Position numbers and translations under genes: made by a program
Shown here: positions 45,345 to 59,396 of the stretch, one piece after another
Position numbering within the stretch: position 1 is the stretch's first letter
How the letters are laid out: each line of letters opens with the position of its first letter
The notes under the pieces: model-generated
Database searches by the model: none
What the model saw: only the letters and a program-made list of their open reading frames with translations
What the model was told of the DNA's origin: nothing
From: Toensbergia leucococca
Lineage: Eukaryota
Direction: 5' to 3'
Assembly (NCBI GenBank): GCA_022813965.1
Contig: JALDZS010000003.1
Location: 62,001-126,000 of the forward strand
Length of the DNA: 64,000 nt

Positions 45345-46164
45345 AGCATTTTCATAATGCTGCGGAATCCTTGGCGCCATTTTATTTCCCCTCCCCCCCC
45401 CCGGGTGAGTTGCACCTAAAAAGTCGACATTCAGCTACCTAAATCCACCTCATTATCCTATCATCATCAGTAAGTTAGTATAATGACCTGAATAGGCAAT
45501 GATGAGGTTATACTGACCGTGAACAGATCGATCACATCCACCTCTGTCACATTCACCTTCATCCATTCATCCGTTCATTCACATCATGAGTTTACCTATA
45601 GATAGCAGTCAAGGTAAAGGCTGAGCACTTGCTTTGTTCTCTCAGGAGAAAGATCATACCTCTGAAGGCTTCCTACAGTTGGCTATTGAGCACAGCAGGT
45701 GTGATCAGTATGAATGAGAACATTATGAGCATGCTGATGATGAGTATATATTTGAGGGCGACTATGAGGCATTGCAACGAGAAGTTGATATGTGATCATT
45801 AGATGAGGGTTTAGATGAGGGTGATCCAAAATAAGATGAGTGTTTTTGCATGGAGGTCATTTGAGATGATGGGCGCAGTTTGACCCTGTTCTTCAGCGCT
45901 CTCCAGCGCTCTTCAGCGTTCTCCAGCATAGATCAATCAATTAGTAGGGATGACGGGCGCAATTTGACCACCATCTCATGTTTTTACTACTATAAATCAA
46001 GGAGATAGAGCCCCTGTTCCTCAGCCTATATCCCCAGCCTACTAATGATGGTAGGATAATGAGGTGAATTTAGGTAACTGAATGTCGACTTTTTACTCTA
46101 GGTGCAACCCAGCCGGGGGGGAAATAAAATGGCGCCAAGGATTCCGCAGCATTATGAAAATGCT
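45345..46164. mobile_element. MITE-like non-autonomous DNA transposon with ~130-bp TIRs
   Basis: AGCATTTTCATAATGCTGCGGAATCCTTGGCGCCATTTTATTTCCCC at 45345 is the exact revcomp of ~46118-46164; similarity extends ~130 bp. Interior is non-coding with 10-, 12- and 21-bp internal repeats. Confidence 0.9.
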
Positions 46165-46908
46165 AACTCTGGACCAGCCCACGGCACCACCTTCGCCTAT
46201 GCATCCGCATACGCAATACAGATATCCCCGTCTTTCTGCTGATTGCCCGATCAAGGAGATATCAAGTGCTGTAGTCGTCGCTTTTAAGCTTATTCTACGC
46301 TTACTAGTAATTCTTCGAAGGCCTTGTGCACTTGAAATCCCCTCGAGTCCTCTTGTCTGCGTACTTACCCATTCCAACAGGACACCTTCCACAGAGATGT
46401 GGCGCCGTTAGGCATGCGCATATACGAATTATCGCCGGAACCTGCCTTGACCAAGAACCCAGGACATGCCACCCTTTTCGTGAGCTGTCCTGATTCTGCG
46501 CTTTGCAGCAAAAGCCTAAATCCAAAGACCCATTGGGAAGCTCGGCATGGAAGGCTGATCCCCGGCATTGCATTCCCGATCTCAAGTGCCTACTGTGACT
46601 GTGACTGTGAGCTGCGAACGCTCAGAGAGGACAACATTTTTCTTTTTCTCTACTGTGATTCTATTGGCTACCTGTTCTTCCGGCGGTGAGCTTGTTCCTC
46701 TTCTGGAATTAGAGTCACAGTTCAACAGCCGACAGCAATACCTTGCCTTACGCTCCTCAACCTGATTTGTCATTCACTGTCTATCGCTTCTCTGTATCTA
46801 TTGTCCGGGATCCATTACTAGTGTCTCCTTTGACTTCTCCTACTCTATCTGCAGCCTTCTAGGACCTCCGCCTCTGTCAACTTCTTACGCATACACTCCG
46901 TTCCAGTC

Positions 46909-49900
46909 ATGTCACTCGAGACCAGAGTCCTCGTAGATGGCCAGTGGACAACTAGGACTATTGATGAACATCATATAATGGCACAGAACAGAACGAACCC
47001 CAAGACACAAGCTGCTGATTCCATGCCAGACAGCTCCAAGCCTCCCATCCTGGGCATATTGACGAGAACCATGGTCGTGAGTCCTGTTGTACGATGGATA
47101 ATACCTGCAAGAATACGGCACAAAACTAAGAACGACGTGATTTTTGTGCGCGACCGCTCGATTGAGATCAAGGAGCTGTCCACAGACGCATACCTGCAGG
47201 ACATAGCTCTCAAGGCCGATTTTGATTCGCCAATCCGATCAGCTCGAGTTCTTGGGGCAACGAGGAAACCAGCGGCACCTTTGGAGCCAAGAGGTATCGA
47301 TGCTATTATCAAGCAAGAAGAATCAGAGCCTCTGGGTTTTTTCACGCCAGAGATACCGCCTCACATTCTAGTGCTAGCTCTAGAATCCATGGTCCTAGTA
47401 TTTCTCTTTGCTTTCTATGATAGTGGGGGTCATTTTCAGTTTGTGACGAGTCAGAGATCTCTTCCAATGCAGAGGTCGTATCTTGAGCAGCTTGGTAAGC
47501 ATCTTGCTGTGGATCCAAGGTAAATTAAGTGCGACCTTGATAGTATAGAAGGTCCTTAATATTTTCAGATCTCGAGCGCTAGCTGTCTCCGCATGTAGCG
47601 GATCCTTCGTCCTATATTCTCTCAAGTCAATGGATCAAATGAGAAAAGACGTGGAACATCATGATAAACTCTTCGTCGATCGTTTCATGCCAGTCAAAGA
47701 GGTGAGAGAGTTTTTCCAAGAGTCAGTCAGTTGAGTGTCGCTGCTGAAACTTTCTCCAAAATAGGAGAGGCACTTTACCATTGAGGGGATTATATTGAAA
47801 ATGGAGTTTCTTTACCCACCCGACGGTGATGATCATCATGTGATATTGTTACTCATTGTATCCGAGAATCAAATCACTCGACTAGTGTGTTACGAGTGGG
47901 ATTGTACTACAGATTTGCGTCAGGTCAAAACGAGAAAGGGGAGGGGACAGCCGGTCATGGCTTCAGATCAGCTCCCAATACTCCTGATCCCTTTTACACT
48001 GTCTACTGCTTTCATGCTACTTTCTGAAAAGTGTCTTTCCGTGTATAAAGGCATTCTCACAGGCCACGCTGATGTGGAGAGCGTCATCCTTTCGCACCTT
48101 GAAACGCCTGAAGAGCCAGGTAACTCTAAGAAACCACCTCGGTGGGTTCACTGGGCGCGACCCGTCAGGGGCGAGTATTATACGTCAGGGACAACCAAAA
48201 CCTACACGTCCAAAAATGACTCGATTTATCTTTGCCGAGAGGATGGTGTGGTACGCTTCTTGGAGATCAAAGAGGCTCCCCGGGTAATGGTCGACAGTCA
48301 GATGAGAGCAGGTAGACTAGGCAAGAACGTAGATACTGCGTTTGCTTGTCTTGACCTTGGTCTCAAGTCTTCGGATCTCCTGGTGGTAGGCGGTGATATG
48401 AGTGACGGCGGGCTTTTCAGTTTTGCAGCCCGTTCGGATGCGGAACAAAGGCAAACGCTCCCTAATTGGACGCCTCTTCTCGACTTTGCCACGCCAATCT
48501 TTACTTCTAAATTTCAGAGTATGCATGAAGACGATTCTTTTGGCAGAAACCCCGACGGACTTCGTGAACGTGTCTTTGCGTGTACAGGTAGAGGGTCGAG
48601 ACATGGGGCTATCACAGAGATACGCCATGGGTTTGAGGCGACGATTGTACATCCAATTGATTTAAGCGCTTTCGCGGATGGTATAGTACGTCTATGGAGT
48701 TTACCTGATCTTTCGGGAGCCGGCATTTATATTCTACTCTCCCATCCTGTGCGGAGCTCACTACTTTTCATTCCTGGAGATGACCAGACTGATCCGGAAC
48801 ACATTGTTGATAAAGATCTCGCCAAGGACTTGGATTGTGATTCGAGGACAATCATGGCAGGAAGCACCCCAGAAGGGTTGATAATCCAGATAACCGAGCA
48901 CTCAATTAGAGCTGCATTGCCGTTGAAGCATAATAGAAGATTTGTTCAAGACATTCAGGGAGACCGCATAGTGGCTGCTTGCATACAAGAAAAGTTCTCA
49001 GCACTACTAATTGTCGTGCGTAAAGATACGGACTTCCATCTCCATCTCGGAGTATTTTCAACGGAGGATGAGCAAATATCATTCATGAAGATTGGAGACT
49101 CGATTTTGCTGTCATCAGAACCCTCTTCTGTGTCTTTGTACATCATAGGAGAGCAGGTCTTCGCCTTTATTGGCACCCTTGCAAAAACATTGCAGATTTT
49201 TCGGGCAAAGATACGGTCATCTCTCCTCCTAGTCTTCGAACACACTCTCGACGGGGATGTCGCAATCTGCGACAGCATTGCAGTATTAACCAAGTCTAAG
49301 AATCGAGAGTCACTATCGCAACATATAGTCATCTGTGGCCTTCGGAACGGATCAGTCCAGACATTTTACTTCAATTGCTTGGAAGAATCAAGTGAGTTGG
49401 GCAATCGGTCACGGATTATCAGGGATGTTTTACTGATTTCGTATGGTAGACGATCCTATCGTCGTGGATTTTGAGAAGATTCCTTTGGGCAACACTTCCG
49501 TCACAGTCATCACGGATAAGATGAGGAATAGCAGAGCCATTCTAATCTGCGACCAGCGTTTCTGTACGCTAGAGTATTGTCATAAACATTTCACGAAAGG
49601 GTTTGCAACAATCACCAGCATCTGGATGACTATTCCTGAGAGACCTGCATTCCAGCTAGCAGCTCCAAGCGCAATTGCTCAGCCTGACCTATGGAATCAT
49701 ACGAATGCGCCAGAATTGGCAACCACTCGATTTTTCTGTGTAGAAGGAACCCAGCTCTATGTAGCCGACTTTCAGATCGAGTTAGAGACTCGCGTGGTTC
49801 CTCGCCGGTTCCCTGTGATTGGTATGCCTGTCAGAGTCACTTACTCTAGGCGTCTCAGACTGCTCATTGTCGGGTTCATCAGGACTACAATCAGGCAGGC

Positions 49901-51128
49901 CGATCAGATAAATGGTCAGGTCTCTTTGGTAGACAAGCGCTCGCTGAAACCTATGATTACCTTCATAAACCCCGATACCGAATACCTGGAACCAGATCCT
50001 GATGCAATGGTCGACGATGAGATGCCGCCCGTGGAATGGATAGGAATCCCAGGAGAGAGGATTCTTGGCCTCACGGAATGGATGCCTTCAAAGAAGTACC
50101 ATATGCTGGTAGTCAATACTATGCTTGGCCGTTCTCCAACCCCTAATGTACATGGCCGTATCTTGATATTTGGTTTAGTCAAACTCGGTGAGACCAGAGC
50201 GCGGATGGTTCTTCAAAAGGAAATTAAGCAAAATGCTCCAGTCTTTACAGTGGCGCCTTATGGAGAAAGCTCTCTTGTCTGGAGTTGTGGGAACGACTTG
50301 GTCTTCGGAACTGTGGAAACTGGCCAGAACCCAATGAAATTGCATACTCGGATGACGCACCTTTTGAAGTCACCAGGTATACACATTTCGGTCAAGGAGC
50401 CATATATTTATGTCTCCACCGCCAAAGAGTCACTATCAGTTATCCGAAAAGATAAGGATAGACTGATACCCCTTTTCAGCGATGAGATCGCTCGAGATAG
50501 CCTCTTTCACCTCACACTTCCAAATCATTCTCTTATCCTCACTTCAGACAAAGGGTGTACAGTTGCCGGACTCTGGCAACCTCCTTCACCTCGACTTGAT
50601 AGTTCCACATGCACAGTCTTCGAAGCAGTGCTCCCAGGCTCAATCACACGCCTTCGCCATTTTGCTCGACCGCCATGGTATAAGTCTGATGTATCTGGAG
50701 ATGATACGCAAATCCTGGGTAGCGGTACCGACGGTTCCATCTATCAATTTACGGTCCTCTCCGAATCGTCTTGGAGGCTCCTGCGCTTCATACAAAACAT
50801 GGCAATGCGTCACGCTACCATTTGCCCAGTTTCTTACGTCAATCAGCAAGCGCGGCATATCGAGCCCTCAAGTGAAAAATGCCGCTATATGCATGTCGAT
50901 GGGGATATATTGGACAGGGTACTAGAGCGTGGGGGTACGGAGTTGGTACAGCAAATGTTAAGACAAGAATTGACCACGGACGATAGCCTTATGGATTTCA
51001 AAAGCGTAAAGACGAGAGTGGAGAGGTTTGAGGAAGTTGCTGTCGCTGTAGTGGGCGAAGGAAAGGGGGATGACTTGCTGGTGGCGGTGATGAGATGGAT
51101 GAGAGGAGTCCTGATGCCTGCGTTATGA
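46909..51128 (+). CDS. Mms1/DDB1-like beta-propeller protein (Aspergillus thermotolerance protein ThtA-like; 3 introns)
   Basis: IIPARIRHKTKNDVIFV, LGKHLAVDPRSRALAVSA, NWTPLLDF, FACTGRG.HGAITEIRHG, WRLLRFIQN, HVDGDIL. Confidence 0.8.
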
Positions 51129-51383
51129 CGATATTCCCAGGCAGGGCGAGGAGAGGACAAGTATATGAAGAATGTGGCAGCTATCATTAGTATAGCGTGT
51201 TGTACAAAGGTTGTAGCTGATGGCTTTGTACGATGAAGGACAATATTGTTTGATATGTACAACTTCTCCCTTGAGAGCACATTCCTGATTAACAGGCTGG
51301 TCCGGACTCGAGGGCGAGACCGTCAGGCCGAATATTGAACGCTCTTTCATGTGTACTCGTAGATGTTGAATAGTTGAGTCATA

Positions 51384-51518
51384 TGTCACAGTCATTAGAT
51401 AGTTAAGTAACAGGCGTAAGAGTCATTAGATGACCAAGAGGCGCCGTAGTCATCAGATGATCGAGTTGCAGGCGTCGCAGTCATTGAAAATGTCAAGAAT
51501 ACGAATATCTTTGTGACA
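51384..51518. mobile_element. 135-bp solo-LTR-like relic with internal ~30-bp tandem repeats
   Basis: Bounded by TGTCACA...TGTGACA; four AGTCATYAGAT...AGGCG-like units; no TSD seen. Confidence 0.45.
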
Positions 51519-51916
51519 TGTAGCTAGATGAGTGCATTCCACTTCCACGCCGAAGCAAGAGCGATATTCTACTGTTAGTGGAAGTTTCATGACGCGCATT
51601 GAGTCATGAGTGGAGTTAGATGAGGCTATATTCAGCCAATCACAGAGTGCACAAATTTAAGGCGGTAGATTTAAATGTGGTCCATAATACCCGCCATGGG
51701 ATGATGGAGCTTTCGGCACGCCGGAAAATTCAGATTTCGTCACTTCATGTCCAACGGTGGTGCGGTAGTTCTCACTACTGCTGTAGCCCCCATCTACAAC
51801 TCGTCTCCTGTGGAAGAAAACGTTACCGCTGATGCTGCCTTTCACTTTTGCACATCACTCAAGCCCGCCTTCCACATCAACACCACAACCGTGCTCTCAA
51901 GTGAAATCCGCCCAAC

Positions 51917-54900
51917 ATGCCTCCTAAGAAGAAAGGCAACAAGAAGGCCAACGACGACTGGGAGTCAGAGCTTGGCGAAACCGTAGATCCTGTTACCGCT
52001 GCAGCACAACAAACCAAAGACACTGAAGCTACGCTGGATGACGAAGAGGAAGGGGACGCTACCGGAGGCGGTGGCTTACTAGCTGCCTTGAAAAAAAACA
52101 AAAGCAAGAAGCAGAAGAAGGGCAAACCTGTCGAAGATGATTATGTCCTTGGCGAAGATCCTCCTGCACAGGATGGAGTCAACGGTCACGGAGCATCAAA
52201 TGTGATAGAGGATATCGCAGCAATCGCTTCAGATAAGACTACGACCGAGGAGCTATACGATGCACAAGTCAAGAAGGCGAAAGGCGGGAAGGGAAAACAG
52301 GTCAAGGAAGAGGAGAAAGAAGTGGAGGACGGGGATGAGTCAGTGGAAGAGGGAGGAACGCTGAAGAGCAAAAAGGAAAAGGAGAAAGAGAAGAAGGAAC
52401 GAGAAAAAATGCGGAAACGAGAACAGGTATGTGCGATCAGACTTGGGTAGTGTTTCAAGGTCCATAGCTGACTTGTATTTACTTCAACACCCAGGCCGCA
52501 AAGAAGAAGACAACAGCACCGACGCCAGCACCCAAGGCAGAACCCGCCAAGCCAATAGTGGAAACCAAACAAGAGCCTACCCCCCCTCCTGATGCTACAA
52601 AAGGTAAGAAGAAACTAACGGGTGCTCTTGCAGCGCTTCAGAAGCAACAAGAAGCTCTCAAAAAGAGGCAAGAAGAGCAAGCTAGGTTGGAGGCTGAAGA
52701 AAAAGCTCGGGTCGAAGAGGAAGAAAGAATAGCTGCCGAGGAGGAGAGGAAAAAGGAAGAAACACGAGCCCGGAGGAAAGAAAAGGAGAAAGAGAAAAAG
52801 GAACAACTAAAGAAGGAGGGAAAGCTTCTCACTAGAGCACAAAAAGAGACGAAAGACCATAACGAACTCCGAAAACAACAAATGCTGGCCGCTGGTGCCA
52901 AAGTGGCTGGACTGGAGGAGACTACCGAAACCAAACGACCTGTTTATGATAGTAAGAAGAGGAAAGGCTTGAAGAAACCAGGGGACGACATAAAAGCGGA
53001 AGAGGAAAAGGCAGCGGCTGAAGCGGACGCTCGGCGACATGCAGAGGATCAAGAGCGTCAACAATTAGCGGAAGAGGAGAAGGCACAGGCTGAAGCAGCA
53101 GCTGCTGCGGAGGCTCTTCGTGAGGAGAGTGATGGTCTTGATGACTGGGAGGCCATTGCCGATGCTGACGAGGAAGTAAAAGATAGCTGGGATGCCGATT
53201 CTGATGAGGAGGCCGTAAAATCTCCAATTAGGGAGGTCAACGGCAAACTAGCATCAACGGCTGTGCATCAAGCAAATGCGGAACCGAATGGATTGAAGCG
53301 CAGTACGTATGGCGAGGACACAAAGCTTCCTATAAGGCCGGGTTCAAAGCCGCAAAACAAAGACAACGTGAACGATTCAGAAACAGATTCAGATGATTCG
53401 TCCGAAGACGAGACTGGAACAGCCACACAGCGAGCGGCCGCACAAAAAAAGGCCGAAGCCGCTGCAAGGAGGAAGCAGCAACACGAGGAGGCTCTTGCGG
53501 CAAGATCGAAGGACAATCTACGTTCGCCGATCTGCTGTATCTTGGGTCATGTCGATACGGGAAAGACGAAAATACTCGACAAAATCAGGCAGACGAACGT
53601 GCAGGAGGGCGAAGCAGGAGGTATTACACAGCAGATTGGGGCTACATACTTCCCAGTCGAAGCTCTACAGGCTAAAACCCAAGTGGTCAACAAAGATGGC
53701 GCTTTTGAGTTCAAGGTGCCTGGTCTTCTGGTAATCGACACCCCGGGCCACGAGTCCTTTACGAATCTTCGCTCTCGAGGATCCTCGCTTTGCAATATTG
53801 CAATTCTAGTGGTTGACATCATGCATGGCTTGGAACCACAAACATTAGAGTCGATGAGACTCCTCCGAGATCGCAAAACCCCTTTTATTGTTGCTCTCAA
53901 CAAAATCGACCGTCTCTATGGATGGAAGAAAATCAACGACAACGGCTTTCAGGAGAGTCTGGCATTGCAGAGTAAGAGTGTGCAGAATGAGTTCGCAGAT
54001 CGTCTGCAGAAGACCAAGGTTGCCTTTTCCGAGCAGGGCTTCAACTCTGAGCTGTACTACGAGAACAAGTCAATGGCCAAGAACGTGTCTCTTGTCCCAA
54101 CTTCAGCGCACACAGGAGAAGGCATACCCGATATGCTGAAGCTACTCGTGTCTTTAACCCAAGAGCGAATGACCAACAAACTGATGTATCTTTCAGAAGT
54201 GGAATGTACGGTTCTTGAAGTCAAGGTCATCGAAGGTCTAGGCACCACTATCGATGTCGTTCTATCCAACGGTATTCTACGAGAAGGTGATCGAATAGTC
54301 CTTTGCGGGCTAAATGGCGCCATTACCACCAACATCCGTGCACTTCTCACCCCGGCTCCAATGAAAGAGCTCCGCATCAAATCCCAATACGTCCACAATC
54401 AAGAAGTAAAAGCCTCCCTCGGTGTCAAAATTGCCGCCAATGACCTCGACAACGCCATCGCCGGCTCAAGACTCCTAGTCGTCGGTCCAGGTGACGATGA
54501 AGAAGATCTCGAAGAAGAGGTAATGTCCGATATCGAGAATTTGTTAGGCAAGGTTTCCAAGACCGGCCGCGGTGTCAGCGTACAAGCCTCTACCCTCGGC
54601 TCCCTAGAAGCTCTGCTCGAGTTTCTCAAAGTCTCCAAAATCCCCGTCGCCAACATTTCCATCGGTCCCGTCTACAAGCGCGATGTCATGTCCGCCGGCA
54701 TCATGCTGGAAAAAGCAAAGGAATACGCTGTCATGCTATGCTTTGACGTGAAAGTCGACAAGGAAGCCCAATCCTACGCCGACGAAGTGGGAGTCAAAAT
54801 CTTCACTGCGGATATTATCTATCACCTCTTTGACGACTTTACGAAACACATGGCACAGCTTGCCGAGCAGAAAAAAGAAGACAGCAAACTCCTTGCTGTC

Positions 54901-55392
54901 TTCCCCTGCGTCTTGACCCCCGTAGCCGTCTTTAACAAAAAAGACCCCATTGTCGTCGGTGTCGATGTCACAGAGGGCAATCTCCGTCTCCTGACCCCGA
55001 TCGCCGCCGTGAAAACAAACCCCATTACCAATGTAAAGGAAATTGTTAGTCTGGGTAGAGTGTACGTTGTTTCCTACTTTCCCTCCCTTTCAAACCCTCC
55101 CATTTGGCTCGCCACAAAGCTAACCCACCCTTTCCCAAAAACAAACAGCTCCTCCATCGAACGCGACCACAAACAAATCCCCATTTGCAAAAAGGGTCAA
55201 CCGTCTGTGGCCGTCAAGATTGAGGGACCCAACCAACCCCTCTATGGCCGCCAGTTGGATGAAAAGGATGTGTTGTACAGTATGATATCGCGACCGAGTA
55301 TCGACACGCTCAAGGAGTTCTATCGGAGCGAGGTTAGTCGGGAGGAGTGGATGCTGGTTCAGAAGTTGAAGGGGCTTTTTGATGTCATTTGA
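51917..55392 (+). CDS. FUN12: Translation initiation factor eIF5B (introns ~52427-52494, 55062-55148)
   Basis: [46 protein letters not shown]; charged N-terminus. Confidence 0.97.
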
Positions 55393-57039
55393 GATCTTTT
55401 GGGGGGGGGGGGAGATGGATGCATTGGAGCTGTCACAAAGGGGGGGGTGGGTGGACTGTGTATTTTTATGAAAGGCTTGTTGTAGCTGGCTTTTTTGTAT
55501 TTGATAAATCTTTACAAAGACAGTAACGCGCTTTTTTTTCGGTATTTTCTCGGTGATTGGATGATCCCAACCTTTCTCCTGAAAAACTTCTTGCACTCTT
55601 TAAAGTAGGCCCTTCTCTTTCTTCTCCTCCCTTCTTGCCAGGCACACACACATACATGAAATCTCTACTGTATGATCTGTCATGTATGATATGAGATACT
55701 ACTGAAGTATAAGATATGAGTTTCAAATTGAATTTTTTGAGAGACCGTGAGTGTTTTGAATCTATAAATAATATCTACCTGATCTAAGATATACATCTCA
55801 CCTCCTCTTGCTCATCTTTTCTGACTAAGTCATATTCACCCTTCTTCTTCTCCTTCTTATCATTGTCAAAAGCTAAAATTCCTCCCTCTTCTCTTCTATT
55901 CTTTCTTCTTTTTATTTGACCTCACTGACTCAAGATTGAAATCTACCCTTCTAGACATTTAATTCAGTTCTCTTATTCAAACAAAAAAATGTCAAGATTA
56001 GATCTCAAGATAAGAGAGACTAAATACTGAATGTAATGATAAAAACCTTCTTAAATGAGTGTGTTTTTGATTTTTGAGTTCAGATCTTTTTTTTTTGCTC
56101 AAAGGGTTGTTTGTGTGTGAGAGTGTGAGAGATGGTACTGAAGGTATGAGATATTGATGGTTTTCATTAGATCTGAGGTTGAATGAATGAAGGATGAGAC
56201 TTGTGTTTTTGTGTGATGGAATTTATGATAGATTATCTTGATGTCTTAATCAAAAGAAAATCTAATCGTTGAGTCTGAAGTAACTCCCCCTGATGCACCC
56301 TGCCCTGCTTTCTCTCTTTCTCTTTTTCTGTGTTATGAAAAGGAGGGGAGAGGGGAAAAGAAAAAGAAAAAGAAAAAGAAAACATACCCCTCCAACCTCC
56401 CTGACCTGAAAAACCCCCCTTCAACCCCAAAAAAAAACCCCCACAAAAACTATCAATCAAATCAAAAAAATCCCTCAACTCAAACTTCAAAAAAACTCAA
56501 CCCTTTCTAAAAAAAAACAGAGACAGACCCCCTCTTCTTGCTTTCTTTCTTTTTCATGCCGGTCTTTTCTTTTCTTTTGAGTGGCTGGCTGGATTTTTCT
56601 GTAAGATAAGAAAAGTGACATAGAAAGACAAGAGAAGAGAAAAAGAAGAGGCTTTTTGAGTTGTTCTTGTATTCTTGTTTTTCTTTTAAAGAGGGGTGAG
56701 GGGCGGGGTAATTGTGATGATTTGGTTTGAGAGAGAGTTGAGGGGGGGGGAGTTGAGCTAGGTGGATGGGTGTTTTTGTGAAGTCTGTGTTGGGGGAGTG
56801 GGTACTTGGTGTGTTTTTCTCGGGGGGGTGGCGAAGGGATGGTGGAGATTGAGGGGGAAGAGTTGAGATGATTGCTATATGAAAATCAAGATTAGTGAGA
56901 TTGTGAAAGTTTGGGAAAATTGGCCCCTGGATTGAATGATGGTAAAGTACCATGTTTCGAACAACCCATAGCCCCCATGAATCTACCCGGTACAAAAAGA
57001 ATTTCCCATCTTCCCCAACCTCACGCGCAAACAATACCC

Positions 57040-58996
57040 TCATTCTTTCCCATTCTGCCCAACCGGCTCCATACGAACAATCTTGCCGCAATTCAACAAA
57101 CACAGCGGATCCAGCGCCATCTTGATCTGCCCCCCGCAAAAACAAACATTTAAACTTAGCCATAACGCAAACAAAAAAAAGCAGAAAAGGGGCGCCGGGA
57201 GTAGCTTACCGCACGCATCGCATCCACAGCTCCCTCGCCCAATTCCATGACTAGGGTATCGCGCAGAGTCAATCCGATCCCGTGTTCGCCGGTTACGGTC
57301 CCCTCCATTTCAATGCCGCGGGTGCGGATTTGATCGATGATTTGGGAAGCGGCGCGGTGCTCGGAGGCGCTATGGAGGATTGAGGCGTGGAAGTTGCCTT
57401 GAGTTGGCGGAATTAGAGGCAAGGGAGGAAGACGGGTGGATGGAGGGAGCGAGGAAAGAGAGGAGCGTACCATCACCGACGTGGCCGAGGGTAGAGCCTA
57501 GAAGACCACTTACTTCGATCTTGGCTCTTGTCTCCTCGATGATGTCGCCCAGGCGCGATATGGGGACCGCGACGTCTGTACCTGTAAACGTGTCATCTGG
57601 GTTCCGTTTCATGGCTAGGAGACTCCACAAGGCGGTCTTGCGAGCACTCCATAGGGCGCTGATTTGCTCGGGGTCTTTGGAAGACTCGAACGAGAGGCTA
57701 CTATTTTCTCTTGCCAAGGTCTTGACGTGGTCTATTTGCTCTTGCACCGTGCGCGGGGTACCAGAGAATTTGAAGAAGAGCGTCGGGGTTTCTTTCCATT
57801 CTCTAGTGCTGTAGCCGCTCTCGTTGACGGCTTTCATGGTCAGGGCGTCCAACAACTCCATTGCCGCGACTTGGAGGCCCTTTCCCACGACCCCGACGGC
57901 CGTGTCCACAGCTTTTTGCGTCGACGGAAAGGCAACGACAGCCACTTGCACATTTTCTGGCTTGGCTGTCACTTTCAGCACGGCCTCCGTGACGAGACCT
58001 AAGGTGCCGCCTGATCCTACAAAAAGCCGAGTCAGATCATAGCCGGCGCTTGATTTCCGCGGCCGGTTCCGCGTCTTGATGATGGTCCCGTCGGCGAGGA
58101 CGACAGTCATGGACACGACCCAGTCTTTCATTGTCCCATAACGATAGGCGTTGGTTCCGGAGCAGCCAGTAGCCACCATTCCTCCAATCTGGGCACCTGG
58201 CCCCGGATCGGGCGGAAAGAAAAGATTCTCTTTAGCAAGAAAGTCATTCAGATGCTCCCAGCCAACGGCCGGCTGCACCACAACGTCCATATCGCTCTTA
58301 TGGAGGACTTGGACGCGGTTCATTCTCTTGAAGTCGATGCAGATGCCGCCATGAGTAGCGGCCAAGGCGCCATCGAGACTCGTTCCCCCACAGAAGCCAG
58401 TCATGGGCAACCTGCGTCGATGGCAAATTTTTACAAGCTGGCTGACTTCCTCGGTTGACCGTGGGCAGACTATCAGAGCAGGGCAAGCGCCGTCTGGCGC
58501 TGGAGACCACTCGGTACTAGAATGGGCCAGCAGATTGCCCTTTGTATCGTCGACGCCGTCGTCGCCCACGATTGCCACGAACTCAGCGCGAGCATGCTGC
58601 AAATTTTGCGGAGAAAGGTCATGCTGCAAAGCGGGCGTCTTGCCCAAGGGTAATGTCGAGTGCATCCGGCATGACTCTTCTCGGGGCTGGCTGAAGTTTT
58701 GGATTTTATTTCTTTTGCCAGCTTGGACACCTAGATAAAAGAGCAACGAGAGGGTAACAGCGGCTCCTTCGCCCACGTCACGAACAAGTCGCAATAGGCA
58801 TGTCTGTCGAGACGGCGAGCTTACCAGCAGTGGAGGCTACAGCGTTCACCAGCCTAGATGAAGCATCGACTCTTCCATTGGTGCCATGATTATTCCCAGC
58901 AGTCGCGAAAGCTACTCGTAGAATAGGCCACGGATGATAGCGTAGCTGATGCTTTCGAAAGAGTACAAGTGGACGTGGAAATCTTGGTTTGAACAT
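57040..58996 (-). CDS. DLD1: Mitochondrial D-lactate dehydrogenase (cytochrome), FAD-linked (3 introns)
   Basis: GGTSLDG, FFPPDPGPGAQIGGM, GCSGTNAYRYGTMK, RPRKSSAGYDLTRLF, DVAVPISRL, GHVGDGNFH, GEHGIG; last exon IKMALDPLCLLNCGKI; Arg-rich presequence. Confidence 0.93.
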
Positions 58997-59396
58997 GATG
59001 CTCTACTCTACTTAACTCGTCGGGAAACAAGCGATGGAATTCCTACCTTATTTAGCATGAAAGTAGGTGCCAGATGTCAATGTCATACGAGTACTCGTAC
59101 CTACCTTATCCTACGAAGTCCGACGCTTCGAGATGACTGGTTGTTCTACTCGTAGATGATTCAATTCCCTGTTATTCTAGAACATTTAAATTCATCATCA
59201 CCTGTCTACATTCCCTCGACTAGTTATTCACATCTAGACGAGGAGAGGGCATCTTTAACGTCCGTACTGTCCTACGCAACGCCCATAACTAGTATACAAT
59301 CATTGAGTCTAAAAGCATGATTGATATGCTTCAGTGTTATGTGGATGTTGATTGTTCCATTCCGATACACTAACCCGAGAGCATACAAGATGCCTA

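Noticed and set aside
55400..56900. AT-rich, homopolymer-rich spacer as a possible gene or TE
   Set aside because: No termini, TSD or coding motif recognisable; treated only as a decayed low-complexity region.
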